Shown here in pieces: positions 20,601 to 31,876 of a stretch of 64,000 bases of DNA. The DNA is from Siccibacter colletis. GTDB lineage: Bacteria; Pseudomonadota; Gammaproteobacteria; Enterobacterales; Enterobacteriaceae. Location: NCBI RefSeq assembly GCF_000696575.1, contig NZ_JMSQ01000007.1, positions 1 to 64,000 of the forward strand. Direction: 5' to 3'. The position numbers and the translations under genes are program-made. Every line of letters begins with the position of its first letter. The stretch's first letter is position 1. The notes under the pieces were generated by a model. That model was not told the DNA's origin. It saw only the letters and a program-made list of their open reading frames with translations, and did not search any database.

Positions 20601-20768
20601 TCCAGAGAACTTAAACAGCAGTACCCGGCGGTTGGGTTGGTAACGACCGCCCAGAGCTGACGCCGGTAACGGCGCCGGGCGGCAGGCAGAAAAGACCAGA
20701 GCAGCGGTCACTTCCCCCTCCCGCTTCGCGCCTGCATTCGCGCCAGCCACAACATTAAGGAAAGCAAA

Positions 20769-21914
20769 ATGAATAACACATTGACGATTCGTAAAGGCCA
20801 GCTGGGTTTACTGGCAAAACAGGGCGACTTTTATCAGATTCTGGAAGCGGGCGAGCATCGCCTGCCGTGGTTTAACAAACCGGACGTGGTGGTGATCGAC
20901 GTAAACAGCGGCGACGTAGCCCCCGAACTGGCTGACTACCTGCGCCGGTTTCAGCCTGCATGGGTAGAGAAATACTGCCTGGTGGTCGATACCGCCGATA
21001 ACGAAACGGCGGCGATCTGGCGCGACAACGTGCTGGTGGAGATCGTCCCTCCTGGCGCACGGCGTCTGTTCTGGCGCGACGGCGACAGCCTGCGGGCCGT
21101 GCATCTGGATACCCGTGAGGTGCAGGTGCCGGCAGAGATCGTGACTGCCGTTCTGCAACCGCGTGGCCGCGATGCGGCGGTGAAGGGGCGCGAGGCGATC
21201 CTCATCGTTAACGTACCGGCGTGGCACGTTGGGGTGCTGAAAATTGATGGCGTCACGCAGCCGCTGCTGTCGCCGGGGTTAAGCGCGTACTGGAAAATCA
21301 ATCATCTGGTGGAAGCGGAAGCGGTGGATACCCGCCTGCAGGCGCTGGAGGTTTCCGGTCAGGAGATCCTGACTAAAGATAAGGTGAATCTGCGTATTAA
21401 CCTCGGTGCCAACTGGCGCTACGGCGACGTGTTACAGGCATACAGCCAGCTGGCTAAGCCGCTTGAGCACCTCTATCGCGAGCTGCAGTTTGCCCTGCGT
21501 GAAGCGGTGGGTACCCGCACGCTGGATGAGCTGCTGGAAAATAAGCAGGTTATCGACGAGGTGGTGAGCGCCCAGGTAGTAACGCGCATGGCACCGTTTG
21601 GCATTGAGATTGCCTCCATTGGGGTGAAGGATATTGTGCTGCCGGGCGAGATGAAAACCATCCTCTCGCGGCTGGTTGAGGCGGAGAAACTGGCCCAGGC
21701 TAACGTTATTCGCCGACGTGAAGAGACCGCTGCGACCCGCTCGCTGCTGAACACGGCAAAAGTGATGGAGAACAACCCGGTGGCGTTGCGTCTTAAGGAG
21801 ATGGAAACCCTGGAGCGCGTTGCGGAGCGCATCGATAAAATTTCGGTCTACGGCGGCCTGGACCAGGTTCTGCACGGCCTCGTGAACATTAAAGGAAACA
21901 TCCATGCAGCATAA
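20769..21914 (+). CDS. SPFH/band-7 (slipin-family) domain protein without an N-terminal TM anchor
   Basis: 381 aa; stomatin/prohibitin-like core (…KDKVNLRINLGANWRY…IEIASIGVKDIVLPGEMKTILSRLVEAEKLAQANVIRRREETAATRSL…); RBS aagga; its 3' end overlaps rtcB by 11 nt. Confidence 0.85.
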   Translation: MNNTLTIRKGQLGLLAKQGDFYQILEAGEHRLPWFNKPDVVVIDVNSGDVAPELADYLRRFQPAWVEKYCLVVDTADNETAAIWRDNVLVEIVPPGARRLFWRDGDSLRAVHLDTREVQVPAEIVTAVLQPRGRDAAVKGREAILIVNVPAWHVGVLKIDGVTQPLLSPGLSAYWKINHLVEAEAVDTRLQALEVSGQEILTKDKVNLRINLGANWRYGDVLQAYSQLAKPLEHLYRELQFALREAVGTRTLDELLENKQVIDEVVSAQVVTRMAPFGIEIASIGVKDIVLPGEMKTILSRLVEAEKLAQANVIRRREETAATRSLLNTAKVMENNPVALRLKEMETLERVAERIDKISVYGGLDQVLHGLVNIKGNIHAA

Positions 21915-23130
21915 CGACTATCAACTGATGGCGCGGGAGAACACCGCGCCGGTAAAAATGTGGACGCACGGCGTGCCGGTGGAGCCTGAAGCGCGCGAGC
22001 AGCTGCTGAAAACCGCACAGATGCCGTTTATTTTCAGACACCTGGCCGTGATGCCGGATGTGCACCTGGGGAAAGGCTCCACCATTGGCAGCGTGATCCC
22101 GACCAAAGGGGCGATTATTCCGGCGGCAGTGGGTGTGGATATCGGCTGCGGGATGATCGCGGTGCGCACCTCGCTGACGGCAGGGGATCTGCCGGATAAC
22201 CTGAGCGGGCTGCGCAGCGCCATTGAGCAGGCCGTGCCGCACGGGCGCACCGGCTCCCGCACCCAGCGCGATAAAGGCGCATGGGCGCGTCCGCCGCAGG
22301 AGGTGGATAGCCACTGGGCGCAGCTGGCTCCGCGCTTTAAGCGCCTGACGGATAAATACCCGCAGCTGCTGAAAACCAACAACTATCAGCATCTGGGTAC
22401 GCTGGGAACCGGGAATCACTTCATCGAGATCTGTCTCGACGAACAGCAGCGGGTATGGGTGATGCTGCACAGCGGCTCGCGCGGCGTGGGCAACGCCATC
22501 GGCACGCTGTTCATCAGCCTCGCGCAGAAGGACATGCAACGCCATATCGCAACGCTGCCCGACCGCGACCTCGCTTATTTTGCAGAGGGCAGCAAACACT
22601 ATGCGGATTACATCGAGGCAGTGGAGTGGGCGCAGGATTATGCCCGCCATAACCGGGAAGTGATGATGTCGCGCGTGCTGTCGGCGCTCTCCTCGGCGAT
22701 CGCGAAGCCGTTTATGACTCAGCAGGAAGCGGTTAACTGCCATCACAACTATGTGCAGAAAGAGCAGCACTTTGGTGAAGAGGTGCTGGTGACGCGTAAA
22801 GGCGCGGTGTCGGCGCAGAAAGGGCAGATGGGCATCATCCCCGGTTCGATGGGAGCGAAAAGTTTCATTGTGCGCGGGCTGGGCAATGAAGAGAGCTTCT
22901 GCTCCTGTAGCCACGGTGCCGGGCGCGCCATGAGCCGGACCGCTGCGAAAAAGCGCTATACCGTTGAGGATCAGATCCGCGCCACCGCGCACGTCGAGTG
23001 CCGTAAGGACAGCGAGGTGATCGACGAGATCCCGATGGCGTATAAAGATATTGATGCGGTGATGACCGCTCAGGCTTCGCTGGTGGAAGTGGTGCATACG
23101 CTGCGCCAGGTGGTCTGCGTAAAAGGATAA
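21904..23130 (+). CDS. rtcB: RNA-splicing ligase RtcB (3'-phosphate/5'-OH RNA ligase)
   Basis: 408 aa, roughly 80% identical to E. coli RtcB by eye (…PFIF.H.AVMPDVHLGKGSTIGSVIPTKGAIIPAAVGVDIGCGM…NCHHNYVQKEQHFGEE…CSHGAGR…). Confidence 0.97.
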   Translation: MQHNDYQLMARENTAPVKMWTHGVPVEPEAREQLLKTAQMPFIFRHLAVMPDVHLGKGSTIGSVIPTKGAIIPAAVGVDIGCGMIAVRTSLTAGDLPDNLSGLRSAIEQAVPHGRTGSRTQRDKGAWARPPQEVDSHWAQLAPRFKRLTDKYPQLLKTNNYQHLGTLGTGNHFIEICLDEQQRVWVMLHSGSRGVGNAIGTLFISLAQKDMQRHIATLPDRDLAYFAEGSKHYADYIEAVEWAQDYARHNREVMMSRVLSALSSAIAKPFMTQQEAVNCHHNYVQKEQHFGEEVLVTRKGAVSAQKGQMGIIPGSMGAKSFIVRGLGNEESFCSCSHGAGRAMSRTAAKKRYTVEDQIRATAHVECRKDSEVIDEIPMAYKDIDAVMTAQASLVEVVHTLRQVVCVKG

Positions 23131-23134
23131 GACA

Positions 23135-23920
23135 ATGAACAACAACGGAGTGAGCACTGCCATGCGCGAGCGCGTGCGGCAGGTGCTGAAAGAAGTGGAG
23201 CAGCGCGATAACGTGCGTGTGCTGTATGCCTGCGAGTCGGGCAGCCGGGGCTGGGGGTTCGCTTCCCCGGACAGCGATTATGATGTGCGTTTCCTCTACG
23301 TTCATCCCCCGGAATGGTATCTGCGCGTCGATCCGCCGCGGGATGTGATCGAGCTGCCCATTGATGAGGTGCTGGACGTGTCGGGCTGGGAGTGGCGCAA
23401 AGCGCTGGGTCTGCTCAAGCGCGCCAACCCGACGCTCATCGAGTGGCTGGATTCGCCGGTGGTCTATCAGCAGGATGACCACGCGCTGGCAGCGCTACGG
23501 GCGCAGGTGCCGGCGTGGTTCTCCGCCGAGCGGGCGCGCTGGCACTACTATTCAATGGCGCGCAAAAACTTTCACGGCTATTTGCAGGGCGACACAGTGC
23601 GGCTGAAAAAGTATTTCTACGTGCTGCGTCCGTTGCTGGCGGTGCGCTGGATCGAAGCCGGGAAGGGAATGCCGCCGATGCGCTTTGCGCAGCTGCTGGA
23701 GGGGACGGTGGAGGATGCGCTGCTGCGCCGGGAGATCGACGAGCTGCTCGCCATCAAACAGCGGGCCGGTGAAGCGGAATATGGGGCAATGCGCCCGCAC
23801 ATCCACGCGTTTATCCTGCAGGAACTGGCGCGAGGGGAAACGCCGCCCGAACTGCCCGGCAGCAATAACGCCGACCCGGCGCTGCTCGACGACTTACTGT
23901 TCCGCACGGTGATGGCCTGA
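23135..23920 (+). CDS. Pol-beta-superfamily nucleotidyltransferase (RtcB-associated, occupies the rtcA position)
   Basis: 261 aa; GS-x9-DxD motif (ESGSRGWGFASPDSDYDVRFLY); starts 4 nt after the rtcB stop with an agga RBS. Confidence 0.85.
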   Translation: MNNNGVSTAMRERVRQVLKEVEQRDNVRVLYACESGSRGWGFASPDSDYDVRFLYVHPPEWYLRVDPPRDVIELPIDEVLDVSGWEWRKALGLLKRANPTLIEWLDSPVVYQQDDHALAALRAQVPAWFSAERARWHYYSMARKNFHGYLQGDTVRLKKYFYVLRPLLAVRWIEAGKGMPPMRFAQLLEGTVEDALLRREIDELLAIKQRAGEAEYGAMRPHIHAFILQELARGETPPELPGSNNADPALLDDLLFRTVMA

Positions 23921-23941
23921 CGTTGTCAGGCCATTTTTTTA
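23914..23941. terminator. bidirectional intrinsic terminator between the NTase gene and lysC
   Basis: ggcctgac-gtt-gtcaggcc followed by attttttt; the NTase stop codon lies within the stem. Confidence 0.7.
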
Positions 23942-25294
23942 TCACTCGAACAGGTTGTGATGCAGCTTCTGCACCACCTGCTCGGCGTCATTGCCCGGCA
24001 CCAGGAAGCAGAGGTTGTAGCTGGAAGCACCGTAGCAAATCATGCGAATGTTGAACGGCTCCAGCACGCCAAACACCTCTTTGCCGACGCCGCAGGCTTT
24101 GGAAAGGTTGTTACCGATCAGTGCCACCAGCGCCAGATTCTCTTCCACCTCCACGCGGCACAGGGAAGAAAGCTCAGTCAGTAAGCCCTGGGTCAGCAAC
24201 GTATCGCCGGTGGAAGTAGAGCCGGTGGTATCGAGGGTCAGGGCAACGCTCACTTCCGACGTGGTAATCAGATCCACCGAGATATTGTGGCGCGCCAGGA
24301 TGCTGAACACTTCGGCGAGGAAACCGCGCGAGTGCAGCATGTTGAGACTGTGCAGGGTAAGCAGCGTCTGCTTGCGGCGCATCGCCAGCGCGCGGAACAG
24401 CGGCGGATTGGTGGTTTTGTTACACACCAGCGTGCCGCCCGCCGCCGGATCTTTGCTGGAACCGACGAACACCGGAATATCGCTGCGCACCGCAGGCAGC
24501 AGCGTTGCCGGATGCAGCACTTTCGCGCCGAAGGTCGCCATCTCGGCCGCTTCTTCAAAGGCGATCTCATCGATGCGCTTCGCTGCCGGCACTACGCGCG
24601 GGTCGGTGGTGTAGATGCCTGGTACGTCGGTCCAGATATCCACGCGCGCTGCCTTCAACGCTTCACCGAGCAGCGCTGCGGTGTAATCGCTGCCGCCACG
24701 ACCCAGCGTGGTGGTGCGGCCTTTACCTTCGCTGCCGATAAAACCCTGGGTGATCACCAGGCCTTCGCGAATGCGCGGCTGCAGCTGCTGAACGCAGAGC
24801 TCGGCCAGGGCGGTAACGTCCGGCTCGGCGCGGCCAAAGCGGTCGCTGGTGCGCATCACCTTGCGCACGTCAAACCACTGCGCCTCCACCGCGCGTTCGC
24901 GCAGCACTTCGACAAACAGCAGGGTGGACATCAGTTCGCCGTGGCTTACCAGCTCGTCAGTGAGGGCAGTGGAGGTCGCGAGCGACGCCGCTTCGGACAG
25001 GGTGGCGATGTTCTCCAGCAGACGATCGATTTCGTCGCGGATAACGGTCGGGTTTTGCAGGCGTTCGAGGATGTCATACTGGATTTTGCGGATCGCATCG
25101 AGCTTGACGAAGCGCTCGGTCGCTTCCGGACCTTCTGCCAGCGCCACCAGCAAATTAGTGATGCCCGCCGAGGCGGAAAGCACCACCAGACGCACGGTAT
25201 CATCGGAAAGGACCACGTCGGCGCTGCGGTTCATCGCGTCGAAATCGGCCACACTGGTGCCGCCAAATTTGGCGACAACAAAAGCATTTGTCAT
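23942..25294 (-). CDS. lysC: lysine-sensitive aspartokinase III
   Basis: 450 aa, collinear with E. coli LysC (…KFGGTSVADFDAMNRSAD.VLSD..VRLVVLSASAGITN…). Confidence 0.97.
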   Translation of the reverse strand: MTNAFVVAKFGGTSVADFDAMNRSADVVLSDDTVRLVVLSASAGITNLLVALAEGPEATERFVKLDAIRKIQYDILERLQNPTVIRDEIDRLLENIATLSEAASLATSTALTDELVSHGELMSTLLFVEVLRERAVEAQWFDVRKVMRTSDRFGRAEPDVTALAELCVQQLQPRIREGLVITQGFIGSEGKGRTTTLGRGGSDYTAALLGEALKAARVDIWTDVPGIYTTDPRVVPAAKRIDEIAFEEAAEMATFGAKVLHPATLLPAVRSDIPVFVGSSKDPAAGGTLVCNKTTNPPLFRALAMRRKQTLLTLHSLNMLHSRGFLAEVFSILARHNISVDLITTSEVSVALTLDTTGSTSTGDTLLTQGLLTELSSLCRVEVEENLALVALIGNNLSKACGVGKEVFGVLEPFNIRMICYGASSYNLCFLVPGNDAEQVVQKLHHNLFE

Positions 25295-25404
25295 AACAAC
25301 CTCGTGTCAGGGAGCCATCCGGGATGGCACAACGTTATTCAGCCATGGCACAAGGAGAGAGCGGTAAGGGGGCGGACGCAGACGGGAAAAACCACAACCA
25401 CATT

Positions 25405-25594
25405 CACCCAGAAGCGCTCCACCTTGCGAAGCGTCCGACTGCGGGCGCTTCGGGTGACAACCCAGGGGATTCAGCCCCTGCGGTCGATAGCACGCGTTGC
25501 CAGACGCTGCGCTACCTCGGCGTTGCTCCCCCTCTCGTGCGGTCTGCGGACTGGCTCCTCACACACGATACCTGGGCAACGCGCCTCTTCTGGC
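25405..25594 (-). ncRNA. lysine riboswitch (L-box) in the lysC leader
   Basis: the reverse complement is near-identical to the E. coli lysC leader aptamer (…gccagaagaggcgcgttgcccaggta…gggctgaatcccctgggttgtcacc…cttctgggtg…). Confidence 0.8.
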
Positions 25595-25610
25595 CATACC
25601 CCTTGCCTGA

Positions 25611-27515
<1,905 letters not shown>

Positions 27516-27534
27516 GCAATAGTTTCTTCTTATA

Positions 27535-27559
27535 AAGCGCCAGCGTAATGCTGGCGCTT
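27535..27559 (+). terminator. strong hairpin after pgi (weak U-tract)
   Basis: aagcgccagc-gtaat-gctggcgctt, a 10-bp stem followed by attctc. Confidence 0.5.
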
Positions 27560-27884
27560 ATTCTCAGACTAATCTTCTTGTCGCTTATTTCCCTGCCTTC
27601 ACACCGATCAGGTTAATCTGAAAGTCGCTATAGCTGTGCAGATGACATGCCATCCTTTTCAGAAAACCCCGACGTTCATACTCTGGTGGTTATATTTTAA
27701 CTAATTGTAATTTAACGTTTTTATATTAAATTATATTGTCATTGTGATATATATTATCTGCTAGTCCTAAAACTCTTCCGCTATTTCCCCGGCACGTAAA
27801 CGTGAAGGGGTTGTTGTGTATACTCGAATGCGCCTGAAAAGCTTTTTGGGCACCTCTCCATTCATTAAATGAAGGGAAATAGTT

Positions 27885-28133
27885 ATGAAGAAAATTATTT
27901 ATGGCATTCTTGCCATATCCTCGCTGGCGGCTTCGTCTGCCTGGGCGGATCCGGTTGCGGTCGGTGAAGCAGCAGGTAGCGCGGCAACGTCTGTGTCTGC
28001 AGGTAGTTCTACTGCGACCAGCGCCAGTACTGTAGGGTCGGTAGTCGGTGTGGCACTTGCTGCTACCGGTGGTGGCGATGGTTCTAACACCGGGACCACC
28101 ACAACTACCACAACCAGTACCGCCACCCAGTAA
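27885..28133 (+). CDS. yjbE: Thr-rich secreted protein YjbE (exopolysaccharide-production operon)
   Basis: 82 aa; signal peptide; …[18 protein letters not shown]… as in E. coli YjbE. Confidence 0.9.
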   Translation: MKKIIYGILAISSLAASSAWADPVAVGEAAGSAATSVSAGSSTATSASTVGSVVGVALAATGGGDGSNTGTTTTTTTSTATQ

Positions 28134-28193
28134 TCAGGGTGTTTTAACCATAACCACACTTCGGTGTGGTTATTTTGACCTCGGGGAAATATC

Positions 28194-28832
28194 GTGCAGC
28201 GAGTTGCGATAATTTTAGTGTGCCTGCTTCTACAAGCGTGCTCATCCACCACTAAAGGGTTGGGCACAACCCTCTGGAATAGCGTGCTTGGCGAAGATGG
28301 CGTACAGCTCACGGATGACGACATCCAGAACATGCCTTATGCCAGCCAGTATGTCCGGCTGAACAACGGACCCCAGCTGTTTGTCGTGCTGGCGTTTGCC
28401 GAAAACGGCCAGCAAAAATGGGTAACCCAGGACCAGGCGACGCTGGTGACGCAAAAAGGGCGACTGGTAAAAACCCTGCTCGGCGGCGACAACCTGATTG
28501 ACGTCTCTAACCTTTCCGCTGACCCGCTGGCAAAGCCGAATCAAATCATTGACGGCACAGGCTGGACGCGCACCATCGGCTGGACCGAACACAAGCGCGT
28601 GCGCTATGCCACGGCCCGCTCCACCTTTAGCTGGGATGGCAATGACACCCTGACCGTGGGCAGCAGCGTGACGCCGGTGCGCGTGCTCGTTGAAGAGGTC
28701 GAAACCGATCATAAAAGCTGGCGCAATCGCTACTGGATAGATAGCGAGGGCATTATCCGCCAGTCGCAACAGTACCTTGGTGCAGACTATTTTCCTGTCA
28801 CCATGACATTGATTAAGGCAGCGAAAGAATGA
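28194..28832 (+). CDS. yjbF: lipoprotein YjbF
   Basis: 212 aa; lipobox LLQAC; synteny after yjbE. Confidence 0.88.
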   Translation: MQRVAIILVCLLLQACSSTTKGLGTTLWNSVLGEDGVQLTDDDIQNMPYASQYVRLNNGPQLFVVLAFAENGQQKWVTQDQATLVTQKGRLVKTLLGGDNLIDVSNLSADPLAKPNQIIDGTGWTRTIGWTEHKRVRYATARSTFSWDGNDTLTVGSSVTPVRVLVEEVETDHKSWRNRYWIDSEGIIRQSQQYLGADYFPVTMTLIKAAKE

Positions 28833-29566
28833 AACACACAGCACTCGCTTCGCTCATTTTCTGCCTCTCTTCCACCGCGGTTCTCGCCGATGCCACGGTC
28901 ACTGTGATGCAGGGACCGGGCGTCGCGCCGCTGACCATTAGCGGTGCCAAAAGGCTGGCGGATGTGGTTTCCCAGCCGGCGCTGGCGCGCACCTGGTGGC
29001 CGGGAGCGGTAATTAGCGAACGCCAGGCGACGGCCGTGGCAGAGCAGCAGCACAAGCAGCTACTGAATACGCTGCGCCAGGTGGCCGCCGAAGAGGGTGG
29101 GGATGACGGCGCGGCAATCAACAGCCTGCGTGCCCAGCTTGAGGCGATCAAGGTGACCGGGCGGCAGATTGTCAATCTCGACCCCGATCGGGTACGCGTG
29201 CGCCAGCAGGATAACGTACCGGTAGAGGGGCAGTATCAGCTGTGGGTCGGGGCGCAGCCCTCCACGGTAACGATGTTTGGCCTGATCAATAAGCCTGGCC
29301 GCGTCACCTTCTCCGCGGGCCGCTCGGTGGTGGACTATCTGGATGATGTCAGCCTGTTGAGCGGCGCAGAGCGCAGCTATGCCTGGATTATTTATCCGGA
29401 TGGACGGACGGAGAAAACGCCGGTGGCGTACTGGAACCGACGTCATGTCGAGCCGATGCCCGGCAGCATCATTTTTGTCGGCTTCGCGGATTCCCTGTTT
29501 AGCTCCACCTGGGAAGACCTCAATGCGCAAATCCTTCGCTCTCTGACCCATCGGATACCGGATTGA
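28829..29566 (+). CDS. yjbG: capsule/EPS biosynthesis GfcC-like protein YjbG
   Basis: 245 aa with a signal peptide; its start overlaps the yjbF stop by 4 nt. Confidence 0.88.
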   Translation: MKHTALASLIFCLSSTAVLADATVTVMQGPGVAPLTISGAKRLADVVSQPALARTWWPGAVISERQATAVAEQQHKQLLNTLRQVAAEEGGDDGAAINSLRAQLEAIKVTGRQIVNLDPDRVRVRQQDNVPVEGQYQLWVGAQPSTVTMFGLINKPGRVTFSAGRSVVDYLDDVSLLSGAERSYAWIIYPDGRTEKTPVAYWNRRHVEPMPGSIIFVGFADSLFSSTWEDLNAQILRSLTHRIPD

Positions 29567-31662
29567 TGAAAAAGACCTGTCTCTACAGCGTGCTGGCGCT
29601 CGCCGTTTCGGCAGCCTGCCACGCTGAAACCTTGCCGCCGCCGGTTGGCCCGTCGCAGTCTGACTTCGGCGGCGTTGGCCTGATGCAGACGCCCACCGCG
29701 CGTATGGCGCGCGAGGGTGAAATCAGCCTTAACTACCGCGATAACGATCAGTACCGCTACTACTCCGCCTCGGTGCAGCTGTTCCCGTGGCTGGAAACCA
29801 CGCTGCGCTACACCGATGTGCGTACCCGTGATTACAGTAACGTTGACTCCTTCTCCGGCGACCAGACCTATAAAGATAAAGCCTTCGATCTCAAACTGCG
29901 CCTGTGGGAAGAGGGCTACTGGCTGCCGCAGGTGGCGGTGGGCGCGCGCGATATCGGCGGTACCGGCCTGTTTGATGCCGAATACCTCGTTGCCAGCAAG
30001 GCCTGGGGGCCATTCGACTTTACGCTCGGCATGGGCTGGGGCTACCTCGGCACCAATGCCAACGTCCGTAACCCGTTCTGCTCCTACAGCGATAAGTTCT
30101 GCTATCGCGACGGCAGCTATCAGCGCGCCGGTTCCGTAGACAGCAGCGACATGTTCCACGGCCCGGCGGCGCTGTTCGGCGGGATTGAATACCAGACGCC
30201 GTGGCAGCCGCTGCGCCTGAAGGTCGAGTACGAAGGCAACAACTACAGCGAAGAGTTCGCTGGCAAGATTGAGCAGAAGCGCAAGTTCAACGTCGGGGCC
30301 ATCTATCGCGTCACCGACTGGGCCGACGTTAACGTCAGCTACGAGCGCGGAAACACCGTGATGTTCGGGGTGACGCTGCGCAATAACTTCAATGACCTGC
30401 GTCCGTCGTATAGCGACAACGCGCGTCCGGCATATCGTCCGCAGCCGCAGGATGCGATCCTTCAGCACTCGGTGGTTGCCAACCAGCTTACCCAGCTGAA
30501 ATACAATGCCGGGCTGACCAACCCGCGGATTCAGGTGAAAGGCGACACGCTGTATGTCACCGGCGAACAGGTGAAATACCGTGATTCGCGCGAAGGCATC
30601 GAACGTGCCAACCGCATCGTGATGAACGATCTGCCGGACGGGGTGCGCACTATCCGCATCACGGAAAACCGTCTCAATATGCCGCAGGTGACGACCGAGA
30701 CCGATGTCGCCAGCCTGAAGCGTCATCTGGAAGGTGAGCCGCTGGGTCACGAAACTGAACTGGTGCAGCATCGCACCACGCCGATCGTGCCGGATCAGAC
30801 CGATCAGGGCTGGTACATTGAGAAGAAGGACTTTGATATTCACTTTGACCCGGTGCTGAACCAGTCCTTCGGCGGCCCGGAAAGCTTCTACATGTACCAG
30901 GTTGGCCTGATGGGCACCGCTGACTGGTGGCTGACCGACCACCTGCTGACCACCGGTAGCCTGTTTGGCAATATCGCCAACAACTACGACAAGTTCAGCT
31001 ACAGCGACTCGCCGGGCGACTCCTCGCTGCCGCGCGTGCGTACTATGGTGCGTGAGTACGTGAAGAACAACGTTTACGTCAACAACCTTCAGGCCAACTA
31101 CTTCCAGTATCTGGGAAATGATTTCTACGGCCAGGTGTACGGCGGTTACCTGGAAACCATGTACGGCGGTGCCGGTGCCGAAGTGCTGTGGCGTCCGGTG
31201 GACAGCAACTGGGCGCTGGGCGTCAACGCCAACTACGTGAAGCAGCGTGACTGGCGTAGCGCGCAGGACATGATGAAATTCACCGACTACAGCGTGAAAA
31301 CCGGTCACCTGACCGCCTACTGGACGCCGCCGTTTGCGCAGGACGTGCTGATCAAGGCCAGCGTCGGCCAGTATCTGGCAGGCGATAAGGGCGGCACGCT
31401 GGAAGTGGCGAAGCATTACGACAGCGGCGTGGTCGTGGGGGCGTATGCCACTATCACCAACGTGTCGGCGGAAGCCTACGGCGAAGGGGAGTTCACCAAA
31501 GGGGTGTACGTCTCTGTGCCGCTGGATCTGTTCACCGCCGGGCCAACCCGTAGCCGCGCGGCTATTGGCTGGACGCCGCTGACGCGTGACGGTGGTCAGA
31601 TGCTGGGTCGTAAGTTCGATCTCTACAGCATGACCAGCGACAAGAGCATTAACTTCCGTTAA
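29563..31662 (+). CDS. yjbH: outer-membrane beta-barrel YjbH (GfcD-like)
   Basis: 699 aa; signal peptide; C-terminus …DKSINFR; overlaps the yjbG stop by 4 nt. Confidence 0.9.
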   Translation: MMKKTCLYSVLALAVSAACHAETLPPPVGPSQSDFGGVGLMQTPTARMAREGEISLNYRDNDQYRYYSASVQLFPWLETTLRYTDVRTRDYSNVDSFSGDQTYKDKAFDLKLRLWEEGYWLPQVAVGARDIGGTGLFDAEYLVASKAWGPFDFTLGMGWGYLGTNANVRNPFCSYSDKFCYRDGSYQRAGSVDSSDMFHGPAALFGGIEYQTPWQPLRLKVEYEGNNYSEEFAGKIEQKRKFNVGAIYRVTDWADVNVSYERGNTVMFGVTLRNNFNDLRPSYSDNARPAYRPQPQDAILQHSVVANQLTQLKYNAGLTNPRIQVKGDTLYVTGEQVKYRDSREGIERANRIVMNDLPDGVRTIRITENRLNMPQVTTETDVASLKRHLEGEPLGHETELVQHRTTPIVPDQTDQGWYIEKKDFDIHFDPVLNQSFGGPESFYMYQVGLMGTADWWLTDHLLTTGSLFGNIANNYDKFSYSDSPGDSSLPRVRTMVREYVKNNVYVNNLQANYFQYLGNDFYGQVYGGYLETMYGGAGAEVLWRPVDSNWALGVNANYVKQRDWRSAQDMMKFTDYSVKTGHLTAYWTPPFAQDVLIKASVGQYLAGDKGGTLEVAKHYDSGVVVGAYATITNVSAEAYGEGEFTKGVYVSVPLDLFTAGPTRSRAAIGWTPLTRDGGQMLGRKFDLYSMTSDKSINFR

Positions 31663-31668
31663 TCAGTG

Positions 31669-31696
31669 AACAGCCCTCTCTCCGGAGAGGGCTGTT
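31669..31696 (+). terminator. hairpin after yjbH
   Basis: aacagccctctc-tccg-gagagggctgtt; weak U-tract. Confidence 0.45.
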
Positions 31697-31876
31697 CATG
31701 TCTTACTTTGTCAGCCATCTCAATAACTTCACCTGCTTTCATCTCTTTTCGAATAACCGCGTTTGTCCCTCCACGCTCCTGCGGTAAACGCACACTAAAG
31801 ATAAGCAAATAATGTGGATCTGGATCACACTTTTACCGTATAACGGATTTCCCGATTCGGTTAATAAAGGTGCGCT

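Noticed and set aside
27885-28133. Possible CRISPR or tandem repeat from the repeated acc-acc-aca codons in yjbE
   Set aside because: It is simply a Thr-codon run inside a conserved small ORF. There is no repeat-spacer architecture anywhere in the window.
29443-31416. 657-aa minus-strand ORF antisense to yjbH
   Set aside because: It has no homology signal. The sense strand encodes a well-conserved outer-membrane protein with a signal peptide.
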